This document shows positions 18,540 to 28,578 of a stretch of DNA of 64,000 nt, in pieces. The DNA comes from an uncultured Gemmataceae bacterium (GTDB lineage Bacteria > Planctomycetota > Planctomycetia > Gemmatales > Gemmataceae). Under the pieces are notes generated by a model. The model ran no database searches. It was given only the letters and a program-made list of their open reading frames with translations, and was not told the DNA's origin. Position numbers and translations under genes: made by a program. The stretch spans positions 3,072,001 to 3,136,000 of the forward strand of contig CAVVPN010000003.1 of the NCBI GenBank assembly GCA_963750165.1, written 5' to 3'. Numbering within the stretch: the stretch's first letter is position 1; every line of letters starts with the position of its first letter.

Positions 18540-21218
18540 TCACGAACCGCCCGTCCCCGCCCGCACGATGCCGTTGAAGAACAGCTTGAACGTGCCGTGC
18601 GGCTGCCCCCGATACAGCACCTGCGGTCCGAACAGCACGAGCCGGCCCTTGCCGACCGCGGCATCAACGATGGCGACGCCGCCATCCAGGTGTTGCTGCC
18701 CGTGCGCCCAGCCGCTGCGCAGCGGCGCCTTGCCGTCGAACCACGCCACGCGCCGCAGCCCCTGTTTGTCCGCGTCGGCCGGCAGCCGGAACGTCGGGCT
18801 CTTCGAGAAGATCACATCCACCTGTTCGCCCAGGCCCCACGCCAGCGGCTGGGTCGGGTCCACACGCACGCGCAGCACCGACGTGGGCACGTAAAACTGC
18901 TCGGCCGACAACGGCTCCTTGTCCGGCCCGACCAGGTGATTCGCCAGCGGCAGCCCAAGTCGCTTGCCCAGGCCCGTGGCGCCGCCGATGGCCAGTACCG
19001 TGCCGCCGCCGTCGAGGAACTTGCGCAGGTGCGGCAGCGTCTCGTCCGACACGCCGCCACGGCCGAGCAGGGCATCATCGACGAAGACGAGCACGTCAAA
19101 CTGCTTGCCCAGGTCGCCCTCGTTCAGTTCGTCCGCCTTGACCACGCGGTACGGGAACTCGAAGCGCTCCAGCAGCCAGCGCGTCCAGCCCGACGGCATC
19201 GAGCCGCCGAAGCGGTCCCACAGGCCGACCCGCACCGACCGGAGCGGCACGGCCACCTTCCCGGGGTCCGCCAGGCTGCCCACGAACGACGTGCCCAGCT
19301 CCCGCGCCAGGCCGCCCAGCACTTTTTTCAGCTCCGCGCCGCCGCCGATGAAAAACGTCCCGGCGGGATAAGCAATTCCCCGGTCAGTGAACGCGCCGCG
19401 CAACCGCGACACCGGCACGTTGTGCTTCAGCAATCGATTCACGACCCGGAACGCATCATTCACGCGCCCGTCCAGGAAGTAGCCCGCGACGGCCTGGCCG
19501 CCGATCACCGCCCCCGGCGGCGATGGGATTTCGTCTGCCAGTTCCTCGAACGGCCCGTCGCAGCCGTCGAGCAGGCGGTCGAACTGCACGCCCATCTGGA
19601 ACGCCAGCGTGTAGCCCGCCGCGTCATAGGGCGGCGTCGGCGGCGCGCCGGGGTAGGCGAAGTCGTCGGGATGGTCCTGCGGTTCGAACATGTCCAGCAC
19701 GTGAGCGCGGAATGCCTGGGCGCACTTCACGACGTAGGAGCCTTTCGGGTACTTCTTGCCGGCCGCGGTGAAGTCGGCCGTGGCCCGGTGGACGCGCACT
19801 CCCGTGCCGATCAGCGTGTTGACGAACTTGGTCGCCGTCAGGAAGTCGGGCTGGTCTGCGGGCAGCACGTAGCCGCGCGGGTCGCGTTTGGCCGGATCGC
19901 GGAACAGCCGCGCGAACTCCTTCGGGTTGACGCCGGTCTTGGCCTTGCCCTTGAGCTTTTTGGCCGCCTCCACCAGCTTCGGCGTGACCGTCCAGCTGTC
20001 GCGGCCACCGCGGTCGATGGCGCGCTGGCCCATGAGCCAGATGTTGTGCAGCAGTTGCTCGCGGTGGCGCGAAGCGTAGTCCAGGACCGCCTTGTTGGCC
20101 GTCACCGAGTAGTCCACCGACTGGCGGAAGTGCCAGGTCTGCGGCGGCACCGGCGCCAAATAGTCGGCGCACGGCAGCTGCTTGGCCGGCAAGAACGGAA
20201 TCTGCATCGGCGTCGGGTTGCCGACGGTTTCGGACAGCAGGCCGATCATGTTGTGGAAGTAGGTGGTGGTGCGCAGGCCGCCGTTGAACCACGTCGAGTA
20301 GCGGGCGCCGGAGCGGCAGGTGGCGCCCGGCCTGTCCTCGACCAGGAAACGCTGCATCATGGCGGCGCCGACCGCGTCGAGGCCGCTGATGACCAGCGGG
20401 TCAATGTGGTAGTTGAACGGGTCACGGAACGGCGGCACGAACAGCACCGTGCCGGGCGGCCCGGCCTGGTGGTGGTTGTAGACGATCTGTGGGAACCATT
20501 CGCGGTACAGGACGCGATTCATGTTCCGCGTCTCGGCCTGGGTGTTGGCGTAGAAGTCGCGGTTGTTGTCGTGGCCGATGTACTTCTGATAGAGCCGCGG
20601 CAGGCCCTGCAGCGTGCGCTGCTTGAGGTCTTTCGGCCGCATGTAATGGTCGGCGACGAGGTCCATGCCGTCGGGGTTGGCGTGGACGAAGAGGATAATC
20701 ACGTCGTCGAGGATGCGGCGCGTTTCGGCGTCATCGGCGCTGAGGAACTGGTAGAGCGTCTCCATCAGAACCTGGGCGCAAAGCGACTCGGAGGCGTGCA
20801 GGCCACCGTCGATCCAGACGACGGCCTTGCCGGCGGCGGCCAGCTTGACGGCCTCGGCCGGGCTGATGCCCGCAGCGCGAGCGAGGCGGCGGGCGATGTC
20901 GCGGTAGCGGTCGAGCTGCTTGTGGTTGGCGGTGGAGGTCACCACGCCCATGAGCTGCGGCCGGCCCTCCGCGGTGACGCCGATCTTGACCACCTTGAGC
21001 CGGTCCGACTCCTTCTCCAGTTTGGCCCAGTAGCTTATCAACTGCTGATAGTTCGCCAGGCAGTAGTCGTCGCCCAGGTTGAAGCCGAAGTGCTCCTTCG
21101 GGGTGGTGATGTGCTTCGCCGGGGCCGCCGGTTTGTCCTGCGGCCGGGCTTCCGGCGACAGTGGGCGCCCGGCCAGTGTCGGCACCAGGGCAAGGGCGAG
21201 GAGGAGGGACTTCTTCAT
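18540..21218 (-). CDS. Secreted M14-family zinc carboxypeptidase
   Basis: Signal peptide; IDGGLHASE, NPDG, DNNRD, YNHHQ; C-terminal GAT1-like domain (GSMPSGWTRW). Confidence 0.9.
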   Translation of the reverse strand: MKKSLLLALALVPTLAGRPLSPEARPQDKPAAPAKHITTPKEHFGFNLGDDYCLANYQQLISYWAKLEKESDRLKVVKIGVTAEGRPQLMGVVTSTANHKQLDRYRDIARRLARAAGISPAEAVKLAAAGKAVVWIDGGLHASESLCAQVLMETLYQFLSADDAETRRILDDVIILFVHANPDGMDLVADHYMRPKDLKQRTLQGLPRLYQKYIGHDNNRDFYANTQAETRNMNRVLYREWFPQIVYNHHQAGPPGTVLFVPPFRDPFNYHIDPLVISGLDAVGAAMMQRFLVEDRPGATCRSGARYSTWFNGGLRTTTYFHNMIGLLSETVGNPTPMQIPFLPAKQLPCADYLAPVPPQTWHFRQSVDYSVTANKAVLDYASRHREQLLHNIWLMGQRAIDRGGRDSWTVTPKLVEAAKKLKGKAKTGVNPKEFARLFRDPAKRDPRGYVLPADQPDFLTATKFVNTLIGTGVRVHRATADFTAAGKKYPKGSYVVKCAQAFRAHVLDMFEPQDHPDDFAYPGAPPTPPYDAAGYTLAFQMGVQFDRLLDGCDGPFEELADEIPSPPGAVIGGQAVAGYFLDGRVNDAFRVVNRLLKHNVPVSRLRGAFTDRGIAYPAGTFFIGGGAELKKVLGGLARELGTSFVGSLADPGKVAVPLRSVRVGLWDRFGGSMPSGWTRWLLERFEFPYRVVKADELNEGDLGKQFDVLVFVDDALLGRGGVSDETLPHLRKFLDGGGTVLAIGGATGLGKRLGLPLANHLVGPDKEPLSAEQFYVPTSVLRVRVDPTQPLAWGLGEQVDVIFSKSPTFRLPADADKQGLRRVAWFDGKAPLRSGWAHGQQHLDGGVAIVDAAVGKGRLVLFGPQVLYRGQPHGTFKLFFNGIVRAGTGGS

Positions 21219-21304
21219 CGGCGAACTCCCGAAGTGGTCCTGCGCTTGCTGCAACGGTTTTCGCTGGCTTTCGATGCCCCCGACCCGCTGGCGGCCCGAA
21301 TTGC

Positions 21305-21949
21305 TTACCAGGGTAACAGTTCGATGCGCTGCTGCCTGGCTGCGGCGCGCACCCGTTCGGAGTCGGGATACAGGACTGCGTGGGGCTTCAAGACTTCGGG
21401 GCCTTGCGCGATCCACTCGAGCATGGTTTTGGTCTTGCGGCCCGCAGCCCCCGCCGCCGCGCGCGCCGCCGTCAGAATCTGTTTGGGGTCGGTCAGCGCC
21501 TTGAAGTTGAGGCTGTAAATAGGTCCCCCCGCGTCCGGCGCGCCGTCCAGCGCGATCGCCCAGGAGATGAAGCCTTCGTGCAGGACGTAATCCACGCGGA
21601 ACGGCCCCTGCGGGCTCTTCAGGGCGTTCAGGCAGAAGAGCATCTCGCGCCGCTGGTTCCGCCAGGGAGTGGTCCGGCCCGTGAACGGTATTTGGTGAAC
21701 CAGGAACGTCACTTCCCTGGCTTGTTTGCCCTTGATCGTCTCCGCCACCTTGACAGTCACCCGATTCCAGACAACACCGTTCTCCCCCTTCTGGCTGACG
21801 ATTTCGGTCACCTCGCCGCGGACAACGAGGTCGGCCGCCACCACCGCCAGGTCGAGGCTTTCATACTGGATGATGTCGGCCGCGGCGCGGCCCGGGCCGA
21901 CCTGTACCAACACCAGGACAACGGCGGCGATCAGGACAAAACGGATCAT
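21305..21949 (-). CDS. Hypothetical secreted protein, possible integron cassette gene
   Basis: Signal peptide; SLDLAVVAADLVVRGEV...VKVAETIKG; strong AAGGAG RBS preceded by GGCGTTC. Confidence 0.75.
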   Translation of the reverse strand: MIRFVLIAAVVLVLVQVGPGRAAADIIQYESLDLAVVAADLVVRGEVTEIVSQKGENGVVWNRVTVKVAETIKGKQAREVTFLVHQIPFTGRTTPWRNQRREMLFCLNALKSPQGPFRVDYVLHEGFISWAIALDGAPDAGGPIYSLNFKALTDPKQILTAARAAAGAAGRKTKTMLEWIAQGPEVLKPHAVLYPDSERVRAAARQQRIELLPW

Positions 21950-22016
21950 CCCAATCTCCTTTCCGCTCAGAACGCCTTGTTCTTCAACGACCGGTCTTTC
22001 CGGTGTATTCTCTTTT

Positions 22017-22108
22017 GGCCGAACGCCGTAGTTCAGCGTCGGGCCCAGTGACCTGGGCCTGTCCGAGTGACCTCAGATGGCCCGTCCGCAGCAGCAGTTG
22101 GTTCGGGT
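22017..22108 (-). mobile_element. Integron attC-like recombination site
   Basis: Minus strand CCCGAAC-CAACTGCTGCTGCGGACGGGCC...GGCCCGACGCTGAACTACGGC-GTTCGGC: paired AAC/GTT cores and L-box-like segments, about 90 bp. Confidence 0.7.
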
Positions 22109-22221
22109 GCGTACTCTCTCGGCTTCGCCCCGCTCCCCTCGGCGCCCGAAGCGACTTCGAACTGCTCTTCCACCACGAGGCTGGGAACGCCGTGGAATCA
22201 GCGCGCCCACGGGCGCGCCGC

Positions 22222-22740
22222 CTACTTCCCTTTCAGGCGTCTCCACTCCAGTTCGCTCCGGTCCAGTTTCAGCACATGCACCTCCGGGGGGAAGAGGGAT
22301 CCGAACCCCTTCTTGTAGGCTGCCAGCGTCAGCCAATCCCCCGACACAAGGAATCGCACCGTGGTTAAGGGGCCGCCCTTCTCCGTGGCCAGCGGCCGTA
22401 GGGCCTGGACTGGCTGCACCCCGCGCTTGAAGCCCGTAAAGCGGACTCCTTCCGGGGGCACATTGGCAAACTTCCAGGTTTCCGTTTCCCGGCGCAGGTC
22501 CGCCTCATAGGAGATGGAGCCAGCCTTCATGAAAGCACTCTCTCCAGCACGCCTCACGGGCAGATCGACCAGTGTGATGTGGGCACGCAACGTCCCCTTC
22601 CAACCGGCAGGGGATTCGACTATAAAGCAAAGCTTACCGCCACCCCAAGAAAGAGCTTCCTGTACACGAGTTGCCCTCCGGCGCGGCCGGACTTTGATTA
22701 TCGCGCGAATGGCCCGGAAAACGACGGCCCAGGCTTTGGT
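22222..22740 (-). pseudogene. 5'-truncated, lower-GC hypothetical ORF (probable cassette remnant)
   Basis: Frame stays open from about 22740 to the TAG at 22222 with no good start upstream of TTG 22590; codon usage atypical; followed by attC-like sequences. Confidence 0.45.
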
Positions 22741-22768
22741 ACGCTACACCTGAGCGTACCAAAGCCTG
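22730..22768. terminator. 16-bp perfect hairpin downstream of the DUF2330 gene
   Basis: CAGGCTTTGGTACGCT-ACACCTG-AGCGTACCAAAGCCTG. Confidence 0.7.
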
Positions 22769-22781
22769 AACCCCTCAGCAA

Positions 22782-24185
22782 TCACGGGGGCGAGGTGGGC
22801 AGGATTTCTTCGTACTCGGAGCTGTCCTCATGCTCGCCGACGCGGGCCGGCACGATGACCAAATCCTCGTTCATCTCGTCGCGCGCGAACAGCTTGCGGA
22901 ACTTGGTGACGAACAGCCCCGCCTGCACGTGGCCGGTCAACTCTTGCAGCCGCCGCACGTCCTCGCTGGGGGCGTGGCGGACGAGGTAGCCGAGGGGCCG
23001 CTCCTTGTGGGCCTTCTGCAAGCGGGCCTGGATGACCTTGATGACGGCCTGGCGGCGCTTGGGATCTTTCAAGTCGGCCTGCGCGAAGCCCTCATCCACG
23101 TCGGGGATTTTCTCGCTGTAGGGGGCGTCGCCGCGCAGCACCTTGACATCGTTGTCGGTCAGCCGCCGCGCCCACTCCATCGTCGTGGGGATGTGGCCCT
23201 GCTTGTTGGGCAAGGGCCGCCGGCCCGCCATGAACGTGAAGCCAAGATCCTGGCCGCGCTTGAGCAACTGCGGCAGTTGCTGTTCGATGGCCTTGAGCCA
23301 GTCGGCGCCCTTACCGGGCAGTCCGCCGGGGGTGCAACCGCTGGCGGCCTGGAGCATGGGCACCCATTGATACTGGTAGCTCAGGTCGTTCTGGAGATCG
23401 ACCTTGAACGGCGCCTGCACATAGAAGAGCGCCTCCGTCTTGTCCTTGACGGAAATCTGCGTGATCTTGAGCGGATAGACCAGCTTATCCGAAGTGAACT
23501 GGAAGCGCGTGGGCGTCACCTCACCCGCATAACTACCGTCCTTGTTCTTCTTCATCTGCATGGTGTCGATCTTCATCACGGTGAACACCCACTTCTTCTG
23601 CACATAGAAGTTGAGCGTCGCCTCGTCGCCGGAGTAGCTGTACTTGTTCGCCTTCAGCCAGGCGTACAGCGCATCGGCGCGGGCTGCTTCAATGATCTTG
23701 TAGTCCAGCGAGCCCACCACACCGACTTCAAGAATCTTGATCGGCGGCGGCTCGGCCTTCTTGTTGGCCATGTCCCCGGCCGGGGCCGACTGCGGCGCTC
23801 CGCCAAGCGCAGCCGGTGCCCTGGGCGGCATCATGATCGGCAGCAGTTTGGAGTGGGGGAACTCGCGCTTCTTCATGATGGAGTACACCGCCAGGTGCTT
23901 GAAGAAGTCGCGCGGCATCTCATGCAGCTTGGGCTGCGTGGGCGTCGGAATCACCATGCCGAAGTCCAGGGCATTGCCCTCGAACTTCGGCTGGACGGTG
24001 AATGACTCCAGCTTCTTCGCCGGGTCCCACGTAATGAACACCTTCTGCGCCGGCTGCAGAATATCGGCATTCTGCGCCGAGAAGTAACAGCACGCCGCGT
24101 CGGCATGGGACGCGCCGAACAGCCCCAGCGCCAGCGCGGCCGTGAACGGCCACCAGCGCCATCGGCCTGTGCGGTTATTCCGCAT
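22782..24185 (-). CDS. DUF2330-family secreted protein, paralog B
   Basis: Signal peptide then ACCYFSA; QPKFEGNALDFGMVIPTP; VVGSLDY; WLKANKY; LVYPLKIT. Confidence 0.8.
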   Translation of the reverse strand: MRNNRTGRWRWWPFTAALALGLFGASHADAACCYFSAQNADILQPAQKVFITWDPAKKLESFTVQPKFEGNALDFGMVIPTPTQPKLHEMPRDFFKHLAVYSIMKKREFPHSKLLPIMMPPRAPAALGGAPQSAPAGDMANKKAEPPPIKILEVGVVGSLDYKIIEAARADALYAWLKANKYSYSGDEATLNFYVQKKWVFTVMKIDTMQMKKNKDGSYAGEVTPTRFQFTSDKLVYPLKITQISVKDKTEALFYVQAPFKVDLQNDLSYQYQWVPMLQAASGCTPGGLPGKGADWLKAIEQQLPQLLKRGQDLGFTFMAGRRPLPNKQGHIPTTMEWARRLTDNDVKVLRGDAPYSEKIPDVDEGFAQADLKDPKRRQAVIKVIQARLQKAHKERPLGYLVRHAPSEDVRRLQELTGHVQAGLFVTKFRKLFARDEMNEDLVIVPARVGEHEDSSEYEEILPTSPP

Positions 24186-24243
24186 TGCTTGGTCCCTCAA
24201 AAAAAGGATCGGGTGAGTCTCTGAACTATGGTGATGAAAGTGT

Positions 24244-24277
24244 AACAGGCGGCGGACGCGAACGCCAGCCGCCTGTT
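24244..24277. terminator. Hairpin between the two DUF2330 paralogs
   Basis: AACAGGCGGC...GCCGCCTGTT just downstream of the paralog A stop codon. Confidence 0.55.
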
Positions 24278-24295
24278 GGGTTGGTCGGTCCCGGC

Positions 24296-25702
24296 TCACG
24301 GGGGCGAGGTGGGCAGGATTTCCTCGTACTCGGAACTGTCCTCATGCTCGCCGACGCGGGCCGGGACAATCACGAGGTCGTCGTTCATCTCATCCCGGGC
24401 GAACAGCTTGCGGAACTTGGTGACGAACAGCCCCGCCTGCACATGACCGGTCAACTCCTGCAACCGCCGCACGTCCTCGCTGGGGGCGTGGCGGACGAGG
24501 TAGCCGATGGGCCGATCCTTGTGCGCCTTCTGCAGCCGAGCCTGGATAACCTTGATGACCGCCTGGGCGCGCTTGGCGTCCTTGAGGTCCGCCTCGGTGA
24601 AGCCCTCATCGACGTTGGGCAGGTTCTCCGAATAGGGGGCGTCGCCGCGCAGCACCTTGACGTCGTTGTCGGTCAGCCGCCGCGCCCACTCCATCGTGGT
24701 CATGATGTGGCCCTGTTTGTTCGGCTGGGGCCGCTGGCCGCGGATGAAGTTGAAGCCGAGGTCCTGGCCGCGCTTGAGCAGTTGCGGGATTTGCTGCTCG
24801 ATGGCTTTAAGCCAGTCGGCGCCCTTGCCGGGCAGGCCGCCGGGGGTGCAGCCGCTGGCCGCCTGCAACATCGGCACCCACTGATATTGGTAACTCATGT
24901 CCCCCTGCAGGTCCACCTTGAACGGCGCCTGCACATAGAACAGCGCCTCCGTCTTATCTTTCACCGAGATCTGCGTGATCTTCAGCGGATAGACCAGCTT
25001 GTCCGAGGCGAACTGGAAGCGCGTCGGCGTCACCTCGCCGGCATAACTGCCGTCCTTGTTCTTCTTCATCTGCATGGTGTCGATCTTCATCACGGTGAAG
25101 ACCCACTTCTTCTGCACATAGAAGTTGAGCGTCGCCTCGTCGCCGGAGTAGCTGTACTTGTTCGCCTTCAGCCAGGCGTACAGCGCATCCGCACGGTTGG
25201 CCTCGATGATCTTGTAATCCAGCGAACCGACCACCCCCTGCTCCAGCACGATCACCGCCGGCTTGTTCTCGTCGTGTACGCCCTCCGCCCGGTCTTCCGA
25301 CAACTCGCGGTACTGGAAACTCGCCAGGCGCAACCCACCGCGGCCGCCGTAGGACGGCAGCAGTTTGGAGTGGGGGAACTCGCGCTTCTTCATGATCGAG
25401 TACACCGCGAGGTGCTTGAAGAAGTCGCGCGGCATCTCATGCAGCTTGGGCTGGTTGGGTGTGGGGATGACCATACCGAAGTCGAGCGCATTGCCCTCGA
25501 ACTTCGGCTGCACCGTGAACGACTCCAGCTTTTTGGCGGGATCCCACGTGATGAAGACTTTTTGGGCCGGCTGCAGAATATCGGCATTCTGCGCCGAGAA
25601 GTAGCAGCAGGCGGCCCCCGCCGTGGTGGGCTGCGCCCCGAGTAAGGCCAGGGCTCCCAGCAGACTGAGCGGGAGCCACGGCCGACGCGAGAAACTTCGC
25701 AT
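24296..25702 (-). CDS. DUF2330-family secreted protein, paralog A
   Basis: Near-identical to 22782-24185 apart from the signal peptide and one internal loop. Confidence 0.8.
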   Translation of the reverse strand: MRSFSRRPWLPLSLLGALALLGAQPTTAGAACCYFSAQNADILQPAQKVFITWDPAKKLESFTVQPKFEGNALDFGMVIPTPNQPKLHEMPRDFFKHLAVYSIMKKREFPHSKLLPSYGGRGGLRLASFQYRELSEDRAEGVHDENKPAVIVLEQGVVGSLDYKIIEANRADALYAWLKANKYSYSGDEATLNFYVQKKWVFTVMKIDTMQMKKNKDGSYAGEVTPTRFQFASDKLVYPLKITQISVKDKTEALFYVQAPFKVDLQGDMSYQYQWVPMLQAASGCTPGGLPGKGADWLKAIEQQIPQLLKRGQDLGFNFIRGQRPQPNKQGHIMTTMEWARRLTDNDVKVLRGDAPYSENLPNVDEGFTEADLKDAKRAQAVIKVIQARLQKAHKDRPIGYLVRHAPSEDVRRLQELTGHVQAGLFVTKFRKLFARDEMNDDLVIVPARVGEHEDSSEYEEILPTSPP

Positions 25703-25768
25703 ACGTCGTCCTTTCTTCTTGAAGTTGATAACCGAGGATCGTCTTCTTTTTAGACGACCGAGTAGCGC

Positions 25769-26503
25769 TCACGGATTGCCCGGGGGCAAGATCGGCACTT
25801 CCACCGCGAACCAAACCACCGCGACCTGGACCAGTTCCACGCGCAGCGCCGTCGCCGTGCGGCGCTCCGCCGGCACCTCCGCCGCCACCAGTTCCCAGGG
25901 CCGAACGCCACCGTCGGCCGTCAGCGGCGCGTACAGCAGCGTGGCCCGCTCCGCCAGTGCGTACAGCTCCAGCGCTCCAGCGCAACTCCCCACCAGCTCG
26001 CCGGACAGGTGCAGCGACCACCCGCCCTCTGCCTCGACCCACCGGGCCTGGACATTACGCAAAAACGCGGTGCAGCGCACCTCCAGGGCCACCTCGCCCC
26101 ACAGACCGCCCGCACCGGTCGCGTCCTCCACGTCCACGCACAGTTCGTTGCGCTCCCGCAACAGTTCCGTCACGTCGAACTCGAACGGCCCGTCCGCGCC
26201 AGTGCGCCGGCCCAGCGGCACGTCATTCAACCGCACGTCCGCCGTGCCCTCCAGCCCCGCGAACGTCAGCCAGACGCGCTCATGGGCATCAATGCGACCC
26301 GGATAGCCGAAGCGGCGGCGGAAGCGCACCCGGCCCGCGTAGTCCTGCAAGCCGCCGTCGCGCCAGCGGGCCGGCATCGTCAGCCGGAGCTGCGGCGGCA
26401 GGTCCACCTCGGTCCACTCCTGCCGGCCGTCGCCGTGGCGGACCAGGCGGGCCAGCGGTTCGCACTCCCAGGGACCGCGCAGGCGGATGCGATGCGGGTA
26501 CAA
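25769..26503 (-). CDS. GH2-type N-terminal sugar-binding-like domain protein
   Basis: IRLRGPW, GRVRFRRRF, VWLTFAGL, VRLND, FEFDVTELL...NELCVDV, GGLWGEVAL. Confidence 0.72.
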   Translation of the reverse strand: MYPHRIRLRGPWECEPLARLVRHGDGRQEWTEVDLPPQLRLTMPARWRDGGLQDYAGRVRFRRRFGYPGRIDAHERVWLTFAGLEGTADVRLNDVPLGRRTGADGPFEFDVTELLRERNELCVDVEDATGAGGLWGEVALEVRCTAFLRNVQARWVEAEGGWSLHLSGELVGSCAGALELYALAERATLLYAPLTADGGVRPWELVAAEVPAERRTATALRVELVQVAVVWFAVEVPILPPGNP

Positions 26504-26506
26504 GCG

Positions 26507-27252
26507 TCACCTCCCGCGCTCGGCCGCCAGCTGGCGGAGCAGGTCGGAGTAGTCGTCGTAGGGCGTGCGGTCCGGCGGCCCGGCGGCGTGCAGGTACTGG
26601 CCGGTGCCCGGTTTCCACGGCAGACTCAAAATCGTGCTGGATACAGTGCCGCGGTCGCTGCCGTGCAGACACATCGGCGGCCCGCCGTTGCCGCGCTGGG
26701 CGCACAACTGGCGCAGGGCGGTGACGCAATCGGTGGCGCGGGCGTAGGGGCGCTGGCCGAGCCACCACAGGGCGTGGCCCAGCCGTGGGTCGCCCTGGTC
26801 GTTGACATCCTTGTTGGTCAGCACGTGCAGGCCCGGCGGCAGTGGCTGGATACGCAGCCATTCGGCGCCGTGGATGACGACCAGCCGCTCGGCGTCGGCA
26901 CAGACGACGTTGCAGCCGGCGTAGCGGTTCGTGCCCAGCTCGCGCCCGGCCAGGTCCACGGCTTCGCGGGCGCTGGCACAGCCGAGCAGCCGTCGCGCCA
27001 GCAGGCCGCGGCTGGGCGGCTCTGGCGGCACGTCGGCTTTGTTACGGTTGGTGACCGCGATGACGACGCCGCGTTCGTTGACGCCCAGCCAGGTGCCGCC
27101 GGCCACGCGATCCAGCCCGGCGGCGACGCGCAGGCCGCCCTCCTGGAACAGCTGCGGCCCGGTGGCCGGGCGGTCATAACGCTCCTCGCGGTTGGCCCCG
27201 AGCACCAGCGGGGCGTCGTCCACGGCGCGGAAAAAAGCGCCAGCAGGCACAT
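26507..27252 (-). CDS. NRDE/TANGO2-family protein; one T missing in a homopolymer near 27231-27236
   Basis: MCLLAL start (conserved Cys2) joins FRAV...ANREE, GGTWLGVN, AVTNR, SRGLL, GTVSST if the T6 run is read as T7. Confidence 0.88.
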
Positions 27253-27266
27253 CAGTTGGTCCCTTC

Positions 27267-27330
27267 TTCGTGGGGGCGGGCTTTCCAGGCTGCCGACCTC
27301 AACGGCAGGCTGGAAAGCCTGCCCCACGAA
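27267..27330. repeat. REP-like palindrome (CGTGGGGC family)
   Basis: TTCGTGGGGGCGGGCTTTCCAGGCTGCCG...CGGCAGGCTGGAAAGCCTGCCCCACGAA. Confidence 0.8.
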
Positions 27331-28557
27331 TTAATGACGGAACAGGTACACACTGCCGCCGGCGCCGGCCGCGGCGAGATGGCGGCCGTCGGCGGCGAAC
27401 GCCAGGGCGTGCATCTCGTCCGGCAACGTCCAGGCGTGCGCCGGCTGCCCGGTCGCAGTCCGCCAGAGGACCACGCGCCGGTCCTTGCCCGCCGTCGCCA
27501 GCAGCTTGCCGTCCGGCGCGAACGCCAGCGCCCGCACCGTCGCGGTCTCGCCCTTGACCGGATGGCCCGCCAGCGTCCGCACCATCTTCGGCGGCGTCCG
27601 GCGCACGTCCCAGCAGGGGACCTCCGCGGCGTCCCCGGTGAATGCCAACGTTTTATTGTCCGGCGACAGGGCCACCACCCGGGCGCGGGCCTTGGGGATG
27701 TCGAGTTCCTTCATGAACTTGCCACCGACATCCCACAGCCGCAGCGGGCTCCCGGCAAGGGGACTGCCCGCGGCCAGCAGCGTGCCGTCCGGCGTGATCG
27801 CCACGGAGGACACTGCCGCCGTGATTTGCTCCTCGGGCAGGACGCCCCACAATTCAGGCTCCTGTTCGCGCAGATCCCACAGCCGCATCACCGGGCCGAA
27901 GCAACCGCTGACGAGCATCTTGCCATTCGGGGAGTACAGCAGCACGAACGGCCGGTGCGTGTGGCCCGACAGGGCGGCGGCCTCCCTCGGCTGCTTGCCG
28001 GTGAGGTTCCACAGCTGCACGCGCGTGTCGCCGCGGCCGGTCGCCAGCGTCTTGCCGTCCGGGCAAAAAGCGACGCCGCTGGAGCTGGCCTGCAAGGTGG
28101 CCCACGCGCGCCCGGTGGGGCCGTCCAGCTTCCACAGCCGCACGGTGCCGTCCAGGCTGCTCGACGCCAGGGTGACACCGTCGGGCGCGAACGCCAGACT
28201 GGTGACGGTGCGCGTGTGGCCCCGCAGCACGGCGACGAGCGTTTTTGGCTGGTTGTCGATGCGGTCGTTGGCGTCGATTTTGGCGGCGTCGAGTTTGTCC
28301 AGCGGCGACGGCAGATCCAACAGGGCCACGGCGGCTTTGCGGGCGGCTTCGGTGCCGGGGTAGGTGCGCTGCAGGGCCAGCAGGTCGAGGCGCAACTGGG
28401 CCGGGTTCGACGTGGTGTCGCTCAGGCGCTTCAGCAGCGGTTGCAGCGCCGCGGCAGCTTGTTTGGCCGTGTCGGCGGGGACGGCCGCAGGCGAGTCGGC
28501 GCGGGCGGCGCAGGCCCCGATGGCCAGTGTCAGGAGGGCAGCGGAAAGGCGGCTCAT
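27331..28557 (-). CDS. Secreted WD40 repeat protein
   Basis: Signal peptide; GHTRTVTSLAFAPDG...LASSSLDGTVRLW and about 7 similar blades. Confidence 0.9.
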   Translation of the reverse strand: MSRLSAALLTLAIGACAARADSPAAVPADTAKQAAAALQPLLKRLSDTTSNPAQLRLDLLALQRTYPGTEAARKAAVALLDLPSPLDKLDAAKIDANDRIDNQPKTLVAVLRGHTRTVTSLAFAPDGVTLASSSLDGTVRLWKLDGPTGRAWATLQASSSGVAFCPDGKTLATGRGDTRVQLWNLTGKQPREAAALSGHTHRPFVLLYSPNGKMLVSGCFGPVMRLWDLREQEPELWGVLPEEQITAAVSSVAITPDGTLLAAGSPLAGSPLRLWDVGGKFMKELDIPKARARVVALSPDNKTLAFTGDAAEVPCWDVRRTPPKMVRTLAGHPVKGETATVRALAFAPDGKLLATAGKDRRVVLWRTATGQPAHAWTLPDEMHALAFAADGRHLAAAGAGGSVYLFRH

Positions 28558-28578
28558 TGATGAAATCTCCGTGGGCCA

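Noticed and set aside
22782..25702. Diversity-generating retroelement TR/VR pair
   Set aside because: Differences are mostly synonymous and not adenine-specific, whole genes are duplicated, and no reverse transcriptase is in the window.
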